Assembly: GCF_001194135.2 (NCBI RefSeq)
Contig: NC_068990.1
Location: 60,819,599-60,883,598, forward strand
DNA from: Octopus bimaculoides
Lineage: Eukaryota
Direction: 5' to 3'
DNA: 64,000 nt
Shown: positions 46,273 to 60,698 of the stretch, piece after piece
How the letters are laid out: each line of letters starts with the position of its first letter
Position numbering within the stretch: the stretch's first letter is position 1
Notes under the pieces: generated by a model
What the model saw: the letters and a program-made list of their open reading frames with translations, nothing else
Databases searched by the model: none
Told to the model about the DNA's origin: nothing
Translations under genes and position numbers: made by a program

Positions 46273-49200
46273 AAAGTTTTACTCACAAAGTATCATTCAA
46301 CCTGAAGCTAAAGTAGATCTTTACCCAAGATTCTGAGAAGTGCAACCAGAACCATATTGTTGCGAAGCAAATTTCTTAACCACACAGTTATGCCTTCACC
46401 ATTTGTTTAAAATTATTCAAATGACCTTTCTCAAACTAATCTATTATTAAATTTCAAATTGGCCAATTATTTAAAAACTTTATAATGCCAGTGAAAATTC
46501 TCTTACAGCAGATTCTATATCGTAATAGTATTATGATGATTTATTGCAGATTAATGACTATATTGATAGTTGTTTATAGTTGGAATTATATAAAATAAGT
46601 GAATACTAAATTGTTTTCTTTTTCTGTCATTTCTGGTATACTTGCTGTAAAAAGTTTTATCACTTTCACACATTGTACTTTTTTCTGAAATATATAAAAG
46701 TTGCCACTTTCTTTTAACATTACTGTTTTTTTTTTTTTTGTGCCAAAAAGCTTCTTTACAAGTGTTATTTAGTGTTTTGAATTTATTTGCAACTATGTTA
46801 AATAGCATTTCTATTTTGAAAGTTACTTTTAGAAAAGAATTTACAAAATACATTTATAAGTGTTAACAATGAAGTTACTGCTGTTTGAAATATGTTTCTT
46901 AATAGATTCAATTCTAAAGGATAAAGTCAAACAATGTTTCTTTGAGGGTTTTAGAATAATCAAATTCAGTTAATGCAAATTAATACTGTAATCAGTAAAT
47001 GCACTTTTAATTATTGATTGAAAATTTAAAACACAGAAGAAGAAAACTCTTGTCTGCATATTTAATGTTCATTTATTTTCTGTCACTAGAATTCTTTCAT
47101 TGATTATTCTCTTTAAAAAATCATTTTTATCATCCACAACATCTAAATAACTTTGTTTGAAAGTGTTTATTGATCATTTGGATTATTTCAAACTGAAAGT
47201 AGATTAATTTCTGATTGTAGAGTGTCTTTTCTTAGTTCTCAATCCTTGATTTAAACTACTATTTATTTAAGAATACATATTAATGTTATTAAACATGAAA
47301 TATTACTTGAGAAGAATATTTGAGGAAAATTACTTATTACAGTTTAGTAATATTATAAAAGACCTGAGCGGCAGAAGGCAGAATTGTCAAGTGGCAAATG
47401 AAATGAAGAGGTGGAAGATATAATTGGTAAAGTAAGAGATAGAGTGAAGATGTGAATGGCAAAATTAATAGTGGGGAGACAGAATGCAGAATTGATAGAG
47501 CAACAGATGAAATGTATTGTAAGGATTAGTTATGGGTTCTAATCTTAGTGAAGTCAACTTCAATTTTTATCCTTCGAGTGTCAATAAAATATGACCTAAG
47601 CATTCACTGGTATTCTTGTTTCTGCTGTTATTAAACCTAATCTAGCAGACCTGTCATTAAAAGAATTTCAACTATGATCACTCTATGTTATTTTCAGATA
47701 TAGCGAATCTAGAATACATTATCTATAATGTACTTCCTTTTTAAGATGGTATGGTGTGATATGAAGGAGTTTGGATACTATTTCTAGCAAATCAAGCAAT
47801 CACAGAGAGCCTCATATATTGACCTGCTGTATACAGAGGTTGATTAGATTTACTCCTCTCCCCTAAATATGCCCATGTGGCTATGTTAGAAGTCACTTAA
47901 TCACAAATTTGCTTTTTTAATTTCTATTTGGCATGTCTCAAGAAGGTATCTTGTTTTCTCATTTTATCTAATTTAAACTTGTGTTGCTTTAATGCTTCCT
48001 GCTCAAGCTGGTTCTTCCTAGGTTTTCTTTGAATATTTTGTTACTCTTGTTCTAAAGTAGCTTCTGCTGAAATCTTAATCTTCCTTATTATTTTCAATTG
48101 ATCATTTATCATCTAACTTGAATGAATTACTGCTTAATTATTAATACATTAATATTTTAGTACTAATTTTTTTGGTCCTTTAAACTTAAACAAATATTTT
48201 GTAAAGAGATCACTTCTTAACATGTTTTCCTTTTCATAGTTTCTTACAAATATCTAATTTGTGTTTTTGATTATTTTGCAAGCATTGTGTATTTGAGATG
48301 ACTTAACAATGCGTCTAAGATAGGGGTAAAAACACTCAAACATGTTAAATTATCTGAAAGATATTTTAAAACTACATTATTATAGATATTTTCATTATCA
48401 AACCTATTTTATTATGAAATATTTTCAAATTTTCTCTTTAACTGTCAAAGAACTCTATGAGAGTTATATGTTGAGATTTGGCTTATTCTTTAATTAAAAG
48501 ATTTATGACATGTTGTTACCTGTCTCTTTTCAAATTTACGGCTCCATTTATTCTGCCATGTTCTCATAGATTACAATAGATTCAGTGCTTTTAATTCATG
48601 TTATTATTGTTTGAATAATTGTTTACAACCAAAGGATCTCTATCTTTTATCTCTATATTTGAAATATTTCCTTAAAATCTAATCCCTTTATTTTTGGTGG
48701 TATGTTTGGTGAGTTTTGAAATATTCTAACCAGAAATGATCTATAGAATTTTTAAACATGCACTGTTGTCAAACCATATTCTCAATGAGGAAGAAAAAAA
48801 AAAACTTCTATGAAAAGAAAAGAAATGAATAATAAAATACATTAATAAACTTGCCAGGCTATAGAAATGACAATTATAATACAGAGATGATAATTTGTGA
48901 GACTAAATTAGGCCTTAGGTTAAATCAAAATAGTTCAATTAAGGATATTAAACAACAATTATGTTTGACAGCTAACCCCTATAAGATGAAACATTATGTA
49001 AAAGTAATTAGATATATTTATATAGATAAACAAACAAAATCAATATGTGTGTGTGTGCATATGTATGTGTGTATTTATGTACATACAGACATGTTTATTT
49101 AAACCATCATGTGTTCCAATAAGATTATTAATGATAAAAAAAAGAAAGATGAAAATCGAACTGCTCTTAAAATACCTTTAGTTTCTTTTCTTTGTTGTGT

Positions 49201-50109
49201 TCATAATAACTTCTAGGGTAATTTTTCTTTTCAATGAGTGATTAGTAAAGTTGAAAGGTTAAAGAAAAATAATTAGATTATGTTTGAATGTAATTGCTCT
49301 GTACAGAATTATCTAATATTCAAGGTTAAAAGATAATTTTTCCTTCTCTATACTTTATTAGATATTTTCACATTCCGTCAATTAAGAAATATATTATTAA
49401 TACCATTGCAATCTATATTGTTTTGCTTTTGAACATGTGAAAACAAGAGGAAAGGATTATTAAAATTCTATAACTATCTAGTCATGGGTAATCATTGCAT
49501 CACTGTAGAAACAGCCTGTCTCCTAACTATGATGATCAAACTCTTGTTCTCTTTCAACAATAAAATGAAATTGATTTCAATTCATATACTTCTCAGCCTA
49601 TGGATTTACTGATGTATTATTGAATAGGATTAGTATTTGAAAGGCATAAATTCTAATTAACTGTGCATGGCCTAGTTAAGATCTGAAAAATAATTTAAAT
49701 AGAATCGTATTTGTTCATGAGATGAGTAATTGATTCAGATTCCTTATTTTATGGTTCTATTATTTTTTAACAGTTGCATCCCACCTAGTTGCTTCACTAT
49801 TGATCTTGGAATCATTTTGCCAATTTCAAATACAAGCTTATTTCAAACAGTCATTTTACATCTGCTATTTTCTCTTCCTTCTTTACTGTTCTTTGAATAG
49901 TTGAAAGTATACAATGAAATTATTGTTTTGACAGAATTCATGTTTTTCTTTCCCAAATATAATAAAAAAGACAAAACAAAAACAACAACAACAAATAAAG
50001 ATGAAATATTTAATTTTAAGCAATGATGTTTTCTTGATGGAAGAATTTATGAAATAAGATTAAACAATAACATATATAATTAAAATGTTGTGATTATGCT
50101 ATTGGGTGT

Positions 50110-50152
<43 letters not shown>

Positions 50153-50487
50153 GTGTACATGGGAGGTATATGAATGATTATACATATATCTACATATACA
50201 CTCGATGCATGTATGTGTAAATGGATATCCATATTTTTGTGTTTGTATGTGTGTACATATATATATATATATGCATGTCTGTTGTATGCTTCAGACTGTG
50301 TGCCTGTCTGACTGTCTTTCTATATATATATGTGTATGTATGTGTATATATGTGAATGAGTGTGTATGTATTTATGTATTTTTATCTTTCTGCCTATCAA
50401 CCATTGTACCTACCTGTCTCTATATATGTACATATGCAACAATATATGTATGTATTGGTCTATCTATCTCTCCCTGTCTCCCTTTAT

Positions 50488-50555
<68 letters not shown>

Positions 50556-50573
50556 TCTCTCTCTCTCTCTCTT

Positions 50574-50608
<35 letters not shown>

Positions 50609-50659
50609 TTTTCTCTCTCCCCTCTCCTTATATGTTGTTAAGGAAAAGTGCTACTGAAA

Positions 50660-51770
50660 TAACAGTGAAGAAAGAGGTTTGGAAATGTTATTATGGGAAG
50701 ATGCTCAATGGGGCAAAATGTGCAGGAGGTAAAGAAACTAAATAGATAAAAAGAATGAACCAGATGACAAAGTGGCTATAGTCAAAATGGTCATTAAGGA
50801 CTTGAAGACAAGGAAAGGAGTATTTGGTATAGTTACTGACATAACGAAAATGTCTGGCTAAGTAGGGCTCAAGCTGGTCACTCACATAATAAACCAAGTT
50901 TTACAAGAGTTGTCATACCCAATGATGTAACAGTTTAATTACCAACTGCTAATTGAGCAACAGAAGTGTTTTATAATAAAGAAACTATAGAAGTACAAAC
51001 TGATGGGCCATGTTATGAAAGAAATGGGAAAGGTATTAAGCACAATTGAGGAGAAAGAGAATCAGGTGAGATGCAGTTTCGCTTTGTTTCTGGTCAGAAT
51101 CTCAGTAATATTCTCACAGTGAGACAACTGCCAGAAATTTCTTTTAGCTTAGTATAAGTCTCTCTGCCTAGCATTTGTTGAGCTAGAGAAGGCTTTTGAC
51201 AGGTTTATATGGTCTATATAGTCTGGTAGTTTTTAAGAAAACTGTTGGTGAATGGAAGGTGAGATCAGTGCAAGACAGAAATGTTGTCAGCAAAGTGAGA
51301 GTTAGCTGTGAGTTCAGTGAGAAATTTTGTGTTGAAGTAGGTGTCTTTCAAAACTAGACATTCAACACATGCTTATTCATTATTGTTCTCTAAGCTGTAA
51401 CAGATGAGTTTAAGATTTGCTGTCCATGGGAACTCTTATTTTCTGATGGCATAATCCTTGTAGAAGAGCCAGCAGAAGAATTAGAAAGGAAGTGCCAGAT
51501 GTGAAAATAAAATCTAGATTTTGCTTTTACAGGTTAGGATAAACTTGGTGAAGATGACAGTTTTAGTAAATAGGCAAGAAAACAGGTCTCTACTGCCATC
51601 AGGGAGACAGTCATGTTCAGCATGCAAAAAAAGGAGTAAGAATTCCATGTGTTGTACTGGTATGAACTACAGATGTAAAAATGGTGTATTGAGATCACAG
51701 GTAGGCTGACAGGGAATAAAGACTTGGTATGTGGCAGATATACAGGAGCAATTAGCAGAGCACCAACAAG
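50660..51770 (+). mobile_element. RTE LINE RT fragment, same family as 5140-6450 but more decayed
   Basis: VKKEVWKCYY..; MQFRFV; LRQL..LCLAFVELEKAFDR; WELLFSD; Cys-rich segment near 51600-51740. Confidence 0.85.
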
Positions 51771-52184
51771 TCAAAATAAATGTTTTTTAATATTAGGAGG
51801 GCTGCATTAAAGCAGTTCTCAAAGTGATAAATATCTATATTATTCCTCCACCCAAACATGTTAGTAAAATGGTATACTCGTCTCCTCTTAATAGAAGACA
51901 AAATAGAGTTTGTATCCATAAAATTCTTCTCCACTCCCACTCCCCATGATGTTAGATAACTTTTTAAACCAACTAATTTTATTAAGTATGGTAAATTTGT
52001 CTGCACTATTTTCAATCCTCACAGATCCCTCCATGAGAAACATTGACCTAAGCAGTCTAATCAGCTGTAGAACAGGGTCCCTTGAAATTACAGTGGCCAT
52101 AAAAAGAACAGAGTGAAAAAAGAAGTATTGCCACTGCTGGCAACAAAGAGTTTCTCTCTTTGAGTGGAACGCAGATGTATGTGT

Positions 52185-52571
52185 AGGAGGCGCAATGGCC
52201 CAGTGGTTAGGGCAGCGGACTCGCGGTCATAGGATCGCGGTTTCGATTCCCAGACCGGGCATTATGAGTGTTTATTGAGCGAAAACACCTAAAGCTCCAT
52301 GAGGCTCCGGCAGGGGATGGTAGTGAACCCTGCTGTACTCTTCCACCACAACTTACTCTCACTCTTACTTCCTGTTTCTGTTGTGCCTGTAATTCAAAGG
52401 GTCAGCCTTTTCACACTGTGTCACGCTGAATATCCCTGAGAACTACGTTAAGGGTACACGTGTCTGTGGAGTGCTCAGCCACTTACACGTTAATTTCACG
52501 AGCAGGCTGTTCCGTTGATCGGATCAACTGGAACTCTCGACGTCATAAGCAACGGAGTGCCAACAACAACA
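52185..52571 (+). mobile_element. tRNA-derived SINE family B, full length, 12-bp TSD
   Basis: A box TGGCCCAGTGG 52196-52206, B box GGTTTCGATTCC 52239-52250, (CAA)n tail; TSD agatgtaYgtgt at 52173-52184 and 52572-52583. Confidence 0.93.
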
Positions 52572-53206
52572 AGATGTACGTGTTTTGTGTACAAAGGATT
52601 ATGCTTTTTGACAGCAAGTCATAACTATTGAATGCGAAGGATATGAAGAAAGTGTAGTGCATTGGATGTGTAATCTAAGTCTGCATGTTTTATAGCAGAG
52701 GTGAGCAGGATGCAAAATTGGGTTTAAGAGAAAAAACAACTATAATGTGCGGTGATAAATAAAGTTTCTTTTAATTCAGAATACGGTTTCTTTTCATTGC
52801 CTTCTTGTCAGTGTTCTCAGTCATTTCACTTACACTGCAGGCCATTTCCCTTATATATGTTGTGGTGGTCTCCCTGCATGGCCTTTCCATGTGCCTCAGA
52901 GAAATATTTCTAGTTTTACATTTTGTCTGAGGTTTTGTTCTGTCCAAACCACAGCTGTCAGTGCAAAATGTATTTTTTTAAATAGTTATGACTTAAATAG
53001 CAATGATATGATGGTTGTGCCTGTTTTCACTACTATTTATATTCTATTTTCATTTTTATTTATTTTTACATGTTGTACTTTTTTCAAGCTAGGCATTCAC
53101 TGAATGAAGCTTGTTCGATTTATTTATCTCTATATAGTGTGTGTGTTTTTTATATATGGTGTGTGTGTGTGTGTGTGTGTGTCTCTCTCTCTCTTACACA
53201 CACACA

Positions 53207-53520
53207 GGGGTAGCTGTGTGGTAAGAAATTTGCTTCCTAACCATATGGTTCTGAATTTGGTAGATGGAAACTGTGAGAAGCATGTCATATATTTATGTAT
53301 GAGTGTGTCTTTGAGTTTGTATTTGTCCCCCACCACCACATGACAACTGGTGTTGGTATGTTTATGTCCCTGTAACTTAGAGGCTTGGCAAAAATGACCA
53401 AATGAAGTACTGGGCTTTAAAAAAAATAATAAGTACTGGGGTTGATTTATTCAACTAAAATTCTTCAATGCAGTGCCCCAGCATGACCATAGTCTAATGT
53501 CTGAAACCAGTAAATGATCA
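53207..53520 (+). mobile_element. SINE family A with an internal deletion in the head
   Basis: tagctgtgtggtaagaaatttgcttcctaaccatatgg..ggaaactgtgagaagc..3' half to gaaaccagtaaa. Confidence 0.8.
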
Positions 53521-53634
53521 AAAGGGAACATATTCTAAAACACACAAAAACACATGCATGTGACACACACACATAATTTTATTACTGCTGAAATCATTTA
53601 GTCCCATTATAATTTCAAAATGAACGTCTTAATA

Positions 53635-53851
53635 ATAATCCTTTCTACTCTAGGCAAAAGGCCTGAAATATGAGGGAGGGGGATAGTCAATTACATTGAC
53701 CCCAGTACTCAACTGGTACTTATTTCATCAACCCTGAAAGGTTGAAAGGCAAAGTCGACCTTGGTGGAATTTGAACTCAGAATGTAAAGACATGAAATGC
53801 TGCTCAGTATTTTTCCCAGCATGCTAATGATCGTGCCAGCTCACCGCCTTG
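53635..53851 (-). mobile_element. SINE family D
   Basis: Reverse complement of the 20451-20652 type. Confidence 0.85.
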
Positions 53852-53899
53852 AAATTCTTCATAATAATGAAAAAATGCCTTTCTCTGTATACATTGGCA

Positions 53900-54283
53900 G
53901 TGGAGGCGCAATGGCCCAGTGGTTAGGGCAGCGGACTCGTGGTCATAGGATCGCGGTTTCGATTCCCAGACCGGGCGTTATGAGTGTTTATTGAGCGAAA
54001 ACACCTAAAGCTCCACGAGGCTCTGGCAGGGATGGTGGCGAACCCTGCTGTACTTTTTCACCACAACTTTCTCTCACTCTTACTTTCTGTTTCTGTTGTG
54101 CCTGTAATTCAAAGGGTCAGCCTTGTCACACTGTGTCACACTGAATATCTCCGAGAACTACGTTAAGGGTACACGTGTGTGTGGAGTGCTCAGCCACTTG
54201 CACATTAATTTCACAAGCAGGCTGTTCTGTTGACCGGATCAACTGAAACCCTCGACGTTGTAAGCGACGGAGTGCCAACAACA
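53900..54283 (+). mobile_element. SINE family B, full length, 11-bp TSD
   Basis: Highly similar to 52185-52571; TSD atacattggca at 53889-53899 and 54284-54294. Confidence 0.93.
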
Positions 54284-56738
54284 ATACATTGGCAAAACTA
54301 TTTTCTATTCTCTTTTGTTTTGTTTTTATTCTTTATTTGGAGAGATACTGTTTTCATTGCAGATATTAATAAATTTTATATTTATGATAAATATATGTAA
54401 TAAATGTTAGAATTGTATTGTAGTACATTTGATTTGCCAAGTTTGAGATAAGAAGAAAATGAGAGAACTTTGAGAAAAGACATTCGGAAAGAAACTATTA
54501 AATTCTTAAGGGAATCATTGTCTGTAATTAATGCTTTTAATAATTGTTTAATTTATTAAGTGGGATATTATTGTTAATATAAAGATGTCATGTGTGTATG
54601 TGTGTGTCCACGTGCACATTTTCGTGTTTATATGTGTGTGTATACCATTTAGATTTGTGTTCAGTGACCCAGAGCTTATTAATTGAAACATTGTTACAAG
54701 GATTTCACCGTACAATGAACTCCACTTGACCCAACTTTTCCAAGCTTCACATTGAGTCTCTTCATAACTGAATACTTGCTACTAGGAAATGCAATGTGCT
54801 ATTAAATATTTCCCAGAATTCATAAAATGATCCAATTTTCAAGTGACACCCTGCAGATATAAAAATAAATTAAAATTTCTTATATAAGTGACATATCATT
54901 CATATGGAATTTATTTCTCTCAGTATTTACAGACTCAAAGATATTCTCTTGGTAGTCTGTTAAGCATCATTACATTATTATTGCTTGTCTCAAACTTTGT
55001 GGTGGCATAAAAAATGTATATTTAGGTTTTGCTTAGCTTACTCAGCTTTCTGAAGCTGTAGCTAATTATAATTTGTTTTAAAATATATCTTGGTCTGTCT
55101 GCAGTAGAAAAATAAAAATAAAAATGTGTCAGAGCCTTTTTGGAGTTTTTTTTGATTACTTTTGTTTCTTTGGCAATTAGTTATTTCTTCAAGTTAGAAA
55201 CTATGGAATTAAGAGGTAAAAGAAAGAGGATGTAGAAGCTGAAATAGGTTTCTGTTCTGGATAAATTCCTCATGTATCAAGTTGATATTCTTAGATAAGT
55301 GATCTTAAGAATTAGCTAAATAAGAATTTATAATAGAGTAACATAGTCTATATTATAAAAAATATAGCTATCTGGAAGGTCTATCTTGTTTGTGAGACAA
55401 GGAAAGGGTTGGTAGTTTTTCTTATATTTTCTAGTTATGGCATAAGAAGTAAGAACTATTTTTTTTTACTTGTAAAGTAGTGTTTCGAAATGAATTTCCT
55501 GAAGACTAACTAAAAACAGAGTATTTGGTGCATTATGTATAGTGATTCTTGTCACAAAATAAGTAGCTACATTTTCTAGAAGTGCTAAAGAAATTGAGGT
55601 GAAGATTAAAGCAATTAGCAGATTTAAGGAAAAGAGATCTTTATATTGATTGTCAGTGAGAAATGATTAAGGATTTTGAGTGCATAACTGTTTCATTATT
55701 AAGCTGGTGTAAAAGAAGTGGACTGGCAAAATCTTTCGAGTATTGGAAAGCATGCTTTGTGGTATTTCTTCCAGTATAGAATATATAAAACAAATAAATA
55801 ATACATACTGAGTGAAAATAACTATACATTGGTGGAACGTAGTCAGGATAGAAATGTAGATTAATAAAGATTTGAGATGCGGGCAGTCATAGCAAAGAAT
55901 TTGGGATTTCTCTGTTAAGAAATTGCAAGATTGAAATTTATGAATAAATCAGAAATGTCCAAGTTGTACCAGAATAAAAATACAAACTATTATTAAATAT
56001 CAAAATAGCATATAATTTTTGATAGTTTTCAGTTTGTTAAAACTTGTAAGTCATGTGCCAAACAAAATGCCATTCTGGAGTCTTTAGTTCTTTTTTGGAT
56101 TTTAAGTTCAAATCCAGCCATGGTTGACATATATGTTCCTTCTCTGGGTTTAATACAATAAGTACAAGTAATAAACTGAAGATAAATGAATCAACTTGTC
56201 TACTTCCTATAATTTTGTTATTTTGTGCTTGTATAAAAAAGAACCTTATGTTATTAGTTAACCCTTTCAATAACAATGTGCATGAACCCACTCTCTTTTT
56301 GTGATACAATGCTTCTCATTTAATGTGGTCTTATTTGAATGAAAGCTTTCCATCATAATATACAAATAATATATAAATAATAAACTTTCATTAGATTATG
56401 TTTCATAACACCACATTAATAAATTCTGTGGCACATTGCTGTACTTGAGAATACCCACTTACCACAACAAAATTGAAATCCTAAAACCAAGGTACCACAT
56501 AAAAAGCATTGGTGTGGGTGCTGGTGACATGTGAAAATCACCCAGTACACTATGTAGAATGGTTGATATTAGGAAGGGCATCCAGTCACCAAAAACAAGC
56601 CAAAACAGACTATGGAATCTGGTATGACCCAAGCCATCCAACCCATGCCAGCATGGAAAACAGACATTAAATGTTGGTGATGATGATGATAGGCTCCAAG
56701 TGAGAAATTTAGAGAATCAGTTGATTATGTTGACTTGA

Positions 56739-56932
56739 GTCTTGGACATTTACCCCCATGGACAGTAAACCCCCCCCCCCCAAAGACAGTTACCCATGAG
56801 ACAACAGATGATGATTTAAAACTTTTTAATATATTGGAGAGGGAGTAATTAACCAAGAGGGGTAATTGTCCTAGAGGGTAGCTGTCATTGGGGGACTTGT
56901 CCTATGTTGGGGTGAGGTAATTGTCCTGATAC
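56739..56932. mobile_element. Small foldback/MITE-like element with iterated GGACA(A/G/T)TTACCCC motifs
   Basis: Left arm ggacatttaccccc, ggacagtaaacccc, agacagttaccc; right arm ggggtaattgtcc, gggtagctgtc, ggggacttgtcc, aggtaattgtcctgatac. Confidence 0.6.
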
Positions 56933-58025
56933 AGTTGACTCTAGTAACTGATCGGTGTTTTATTTTATCAATCTGAAGGGGTAAAAGGGTAATTTGACTT
57001 TGGCAGGGTTTGAACTCAGAATATAAAGAGCTAGAACAGATATCACAAACCATTGCTCTAATCATTCTGCCAATCTACCACCCTCACACCAGGTTAATAA
57101 TGACTCATACTTATTTTACTGTCGCTATCCAAATTCTTGATTATTTTCAAATTTGATCTAAAGACACAAGCAATATGTTTCATTAGAAATATGATCACAA
57201 AAAGGATTAAAACTAAACAAGAGAATATCTAGTGCCATTCATAATGAATTCTATCCTGAAGATAGCTAATTTGTATTCGAGAGGTTACAGCTGTGGTTCT
57301 TGATGATGTTTATGTTTCTAACAAAAATTATATGAACACATCATTAGTCTTTACAAAATGTATTGTTTGTAAAATGAGTAAGTTTAGGATTAACATAAAT
57401 TCACAGATTACATTATAAAATGTGCTTTTAATCATATTCATGATAATTACCGTCAATATAACATAAAGACATTTTAATATTTTCTTACTTTCTTCTATGG
57501 AAAAAACAAAAATGATGAAATTCCCATAGATTTATGCTTTCCATGGAATTTCACGATTCCCAAGATTTGATTCATAACTATTTATTAGAAAAGTTAATTT
57601 ACAATATAATTACTGTCTACTTTCATTTTCATGACTGACCATGTATGAATGACATTGTTACATGTTCATGCCATTTATTATGTTTCTACCATTTCCATAG
57701 ATTTAATAATAATGCCACTTTTATAATTTTATTGATCTTTCTGTTTAGCTATTTTCTCTTCAATGTTCATCAAGGATATCAATGTAATTATGGCATAATT
57801 TCTCAATTATTTCAAAAGATAAATATTTTTCATTTTATTTTACCTTTTCATCTCACCTGTGAAATTATTTATCCTAAAACCTATTTATCTAGCCCCATTA
57901 CAAATTACACATCTAAGATGGTATTAACTCCAAATAAGAACTGATGTAAGTTAGTGGGGATTCTTTAATTCACCCATATAGAGTACCTACTCCAGTGCAA
58001 ACAGCATGATAAAACACTTCTAGTA

Positions 58026-58156
58026 TGAGGGGGTGCTGAAAGTTCCTAGCTTTGGGTAAAACAAAGTACAAGAGGATCAGTTAATTATGATTTTATTCAA
58101 CATATTTCTCTCTCAGATTCACACACTTATTGCAGTAATCCTTCAGTTTTTCTAAC
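58026..58156 (-). mobile_element. Mariner 3' end (TIR plus transposase C-terminus)
   Basis: TA-TGAGGGGGTGCTGAAAGTTCC terminus; minus strand GLEKL..YCNKCVNLR.KYVE* is a typical mariner C-terminus. Confidence 0.8.
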
Positions 58157-59441
58157 CTCGAAGGTTGGGCCTCCAGCCTGGCCTTTCACAATACCCTTAA
58201 AACCACGATCTTTCCAGCCCCTCCCCCCTGTATACATTGTATTTCATACACAGAACACCAGATTTGGTTGGAAGTATTCCTAACCAATTTATCTCTCCTT
58301 CTCTCATCATCCTTGCTGTATCTGGTTCCCAGGTCCTGCAGTAAACTCTATACCTTGCCCTTCCTTTACTGGATGTCAACCCTGAAATTCCTTCTCTGTT
58401 TGTGTCTCTCAGAAGGGACATTAGCAACATCAATCTCACTGGTTCTAAAGATGCCTGTAAAGGTCATGGAACTGTCTATTTCTCAAAACCCAGCAGATCT
58501 ATTTAAAAAAAAAATGGAAAGAATTATTTAAACTCTAATGACCCATGCAGCACATGCCAACCTGGAGTAATGAAATGATGGTGAGAACAACAACAACAAC
58601 AATGATGACAATGATAATGACATCCTGTTGAAATATGAATTCCTATCTTATGCACATTTTGAAAGATGTTATGTTTAATTTATAAAATGAATGTTGACAT
58701 TTATTGTATATGTAATAGTGGGTTATTCACTTTTAGTTTGAATTATTCATATAATCTTTCTGTGAAAATATACTTTTTCTAATCAGTTTCTGCAATTATT
58801 TTTGTAAAACTATTCAGAAAATTTGAATGCAACGTGAAACTGGAAAGAAACTGAGTATACTCTAGCTTGATATTCTAACCTTTAGGAGGATAAAGAACAC
58901 CTAATAAGAAAAATATATTTATTTATATTGTTGAATTAAATAAAAATGTATGAGACAGATATGTATAAAATATGTAGACATTTCATTTAAAAATTTGATA
59001 ATACAAGGCTCAAGACAATGGTAATTTACTGTGACAAACTTAAATCTAGTTATTTTAATGATGTGTGGTTTACAAAGAATTTGACATATCACTTATATAG
59101 AATGGTAACAGCTGAAGCCTTAAGTAACAAACATAATCTGATATGTTTTCAATACATGTTAGCAAATCCATTTACAATAGTCATTAAGAATTAGTTATTA
59201 AATATTAATTTCAAGCTAACTTTACTGATAATTCAACTGAACAAAATTTATATACATGCACATTAAGCTCCAGTATCTGTTTATACACATGTGTGTATGC
59301 ATGTGTGTGTATATGTGTATGATATATGGGTATATATTTTTGTGTATGTATACATATATGTGTGTGTGTGTGTGTGTGTGTGAAATCATGTGATTTTAAA
59401 GTGAGTTTCTTAACTATATAGCCATGACTGAGCCTATAAAA

Positions 59442-59472
<31 letters not shown>

Positions 59473-60106
59473 ATGTCTAAAAGTAACTAATAAGTAAATT
59501 GAAGGAAGAATCAAAGAACATATAAATGGCTCCATTTGTCTTCCAGATTCCCCCTTTGATTTTATTCGCATTAATTTTGTAGTAGCTGCAGATAATTTAC
59601 CTTAGCTTAAAAGGATGGAAATATAGCTCTGCTTCTAAGGGAGAATTATTTTATAATCCCCTACGATTGATACAATAACTTGCATATTTAGCGGAATATC
59701 TTTTGATAGAGGTTTACTACTTATCTAATCTAATTTTTTTTTAATTCACCTTTTTTATTCTATCATGCAAGTGTTTCACAGCACCAGCAATCAAAATTAT
59801 GAATGCATTACTCCAAAGAATAGCCAAGGATATGTTCTGAAATAATCATTTCACTTTATAGGACTAATCATAGGGATGGCCATCTCTACATAGATCAAGA
59901 TGAGAGCTGGTTAGGGGACACTGCTACATGTTCAAAAAGAAACATGTCTGAGAGGAACTCCTACTTTATCAGATAATATGATATAACTCTGGTCTTCAGG
60001 AAGGTGTGTTTAGAAAGTTTTTAGTAAAACAGATGCACAAGTTACATTTTCAGCCTGTCTTGTATAATGGATATAGATTTTGACAATGTATTCACAATGA
60101 AAGTGA

Positions 60107-60420
60107 AGGCGCATGGTTCAGTGATTAAAGCATTGGGTAGTGAGTTCAGTTCCTGGACTGAGCTGTGTGTTGTGCTCTTGGGCAAGACACTTTATTTTTC
60201 ACATTGCTCCAGTTCACTCAGCTGTAGAAATGCCATTGGTGCCAAGCTGTATTGACCTTTACCCTACCCTTGGATAACATCAGTGGTATGGAGATGGGTA
60301 ACTGGTATGCATGGGTGACTGCTGGTCTTCCATAAACAATCTTACCTGGACTTGTGCCTTGGACAGTAACTTTCTAAGTGGCATCCTATGATCATTCATG
60401 ACTGAAGGGGGTCTTTACCC
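60107..60420 (+). mobile_element. SINE family E
   Basis: ggcgcatggttcagtg..gagttcagttcc..cttgggcaagacactttatttttcacattgctccagttcactcagctgtagaaatg..gtaactttctaagtg..gggggtcttta. Confidence 0.85.
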
Positions 60421-60464
60421 TTTTTACCCTTTTTATTAACAATGAAATTGATATATGAATAAGA

Positions 60465-60682
60465 TGATGAGCTAGCAGAATCGTCAGCCAGCTGGACAAA
60501 ATGCTTAGCTGCAATTTATTTTTATGTTCTGTGTTTAAATTCTGCCAAGATCAACTTTGCTTTTCATCCTGGGCCGGGGGGGGGGGGGTCAATGAAATAA
60601 GTACCAGTCAAACACAGGGTCAATGTAACCAATTTGCCCTCTCTTCTGAACTTGCTGGCCTTGTGCCAAAATTGGAAGCCAG
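60465..60682 (+). mobile_element. SINE family D
   Basis: gagctagcagaatcgtcagc..caactttgcttttcatcc..aaataagtaccagt..ccttgtgccaaaattgga. Confidence 0.75.
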
Positions 60683-60698
60683 TATGCAAATAAAGGGT

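Noticed and set aside
50205-50745. ORFs rich in HT, YI, SL and CV dipeptides here and throughout the track
   Set aside because: Translations of (CA)n, (TA)n, (CT)n and (TG)n microsatellites.
52185-52260. tRNA gene calls for SINE heads with A/B boxes
   Set aside because: They continue into SINE bodies with tails and TSDs; no complete cloverleaf or terminator.
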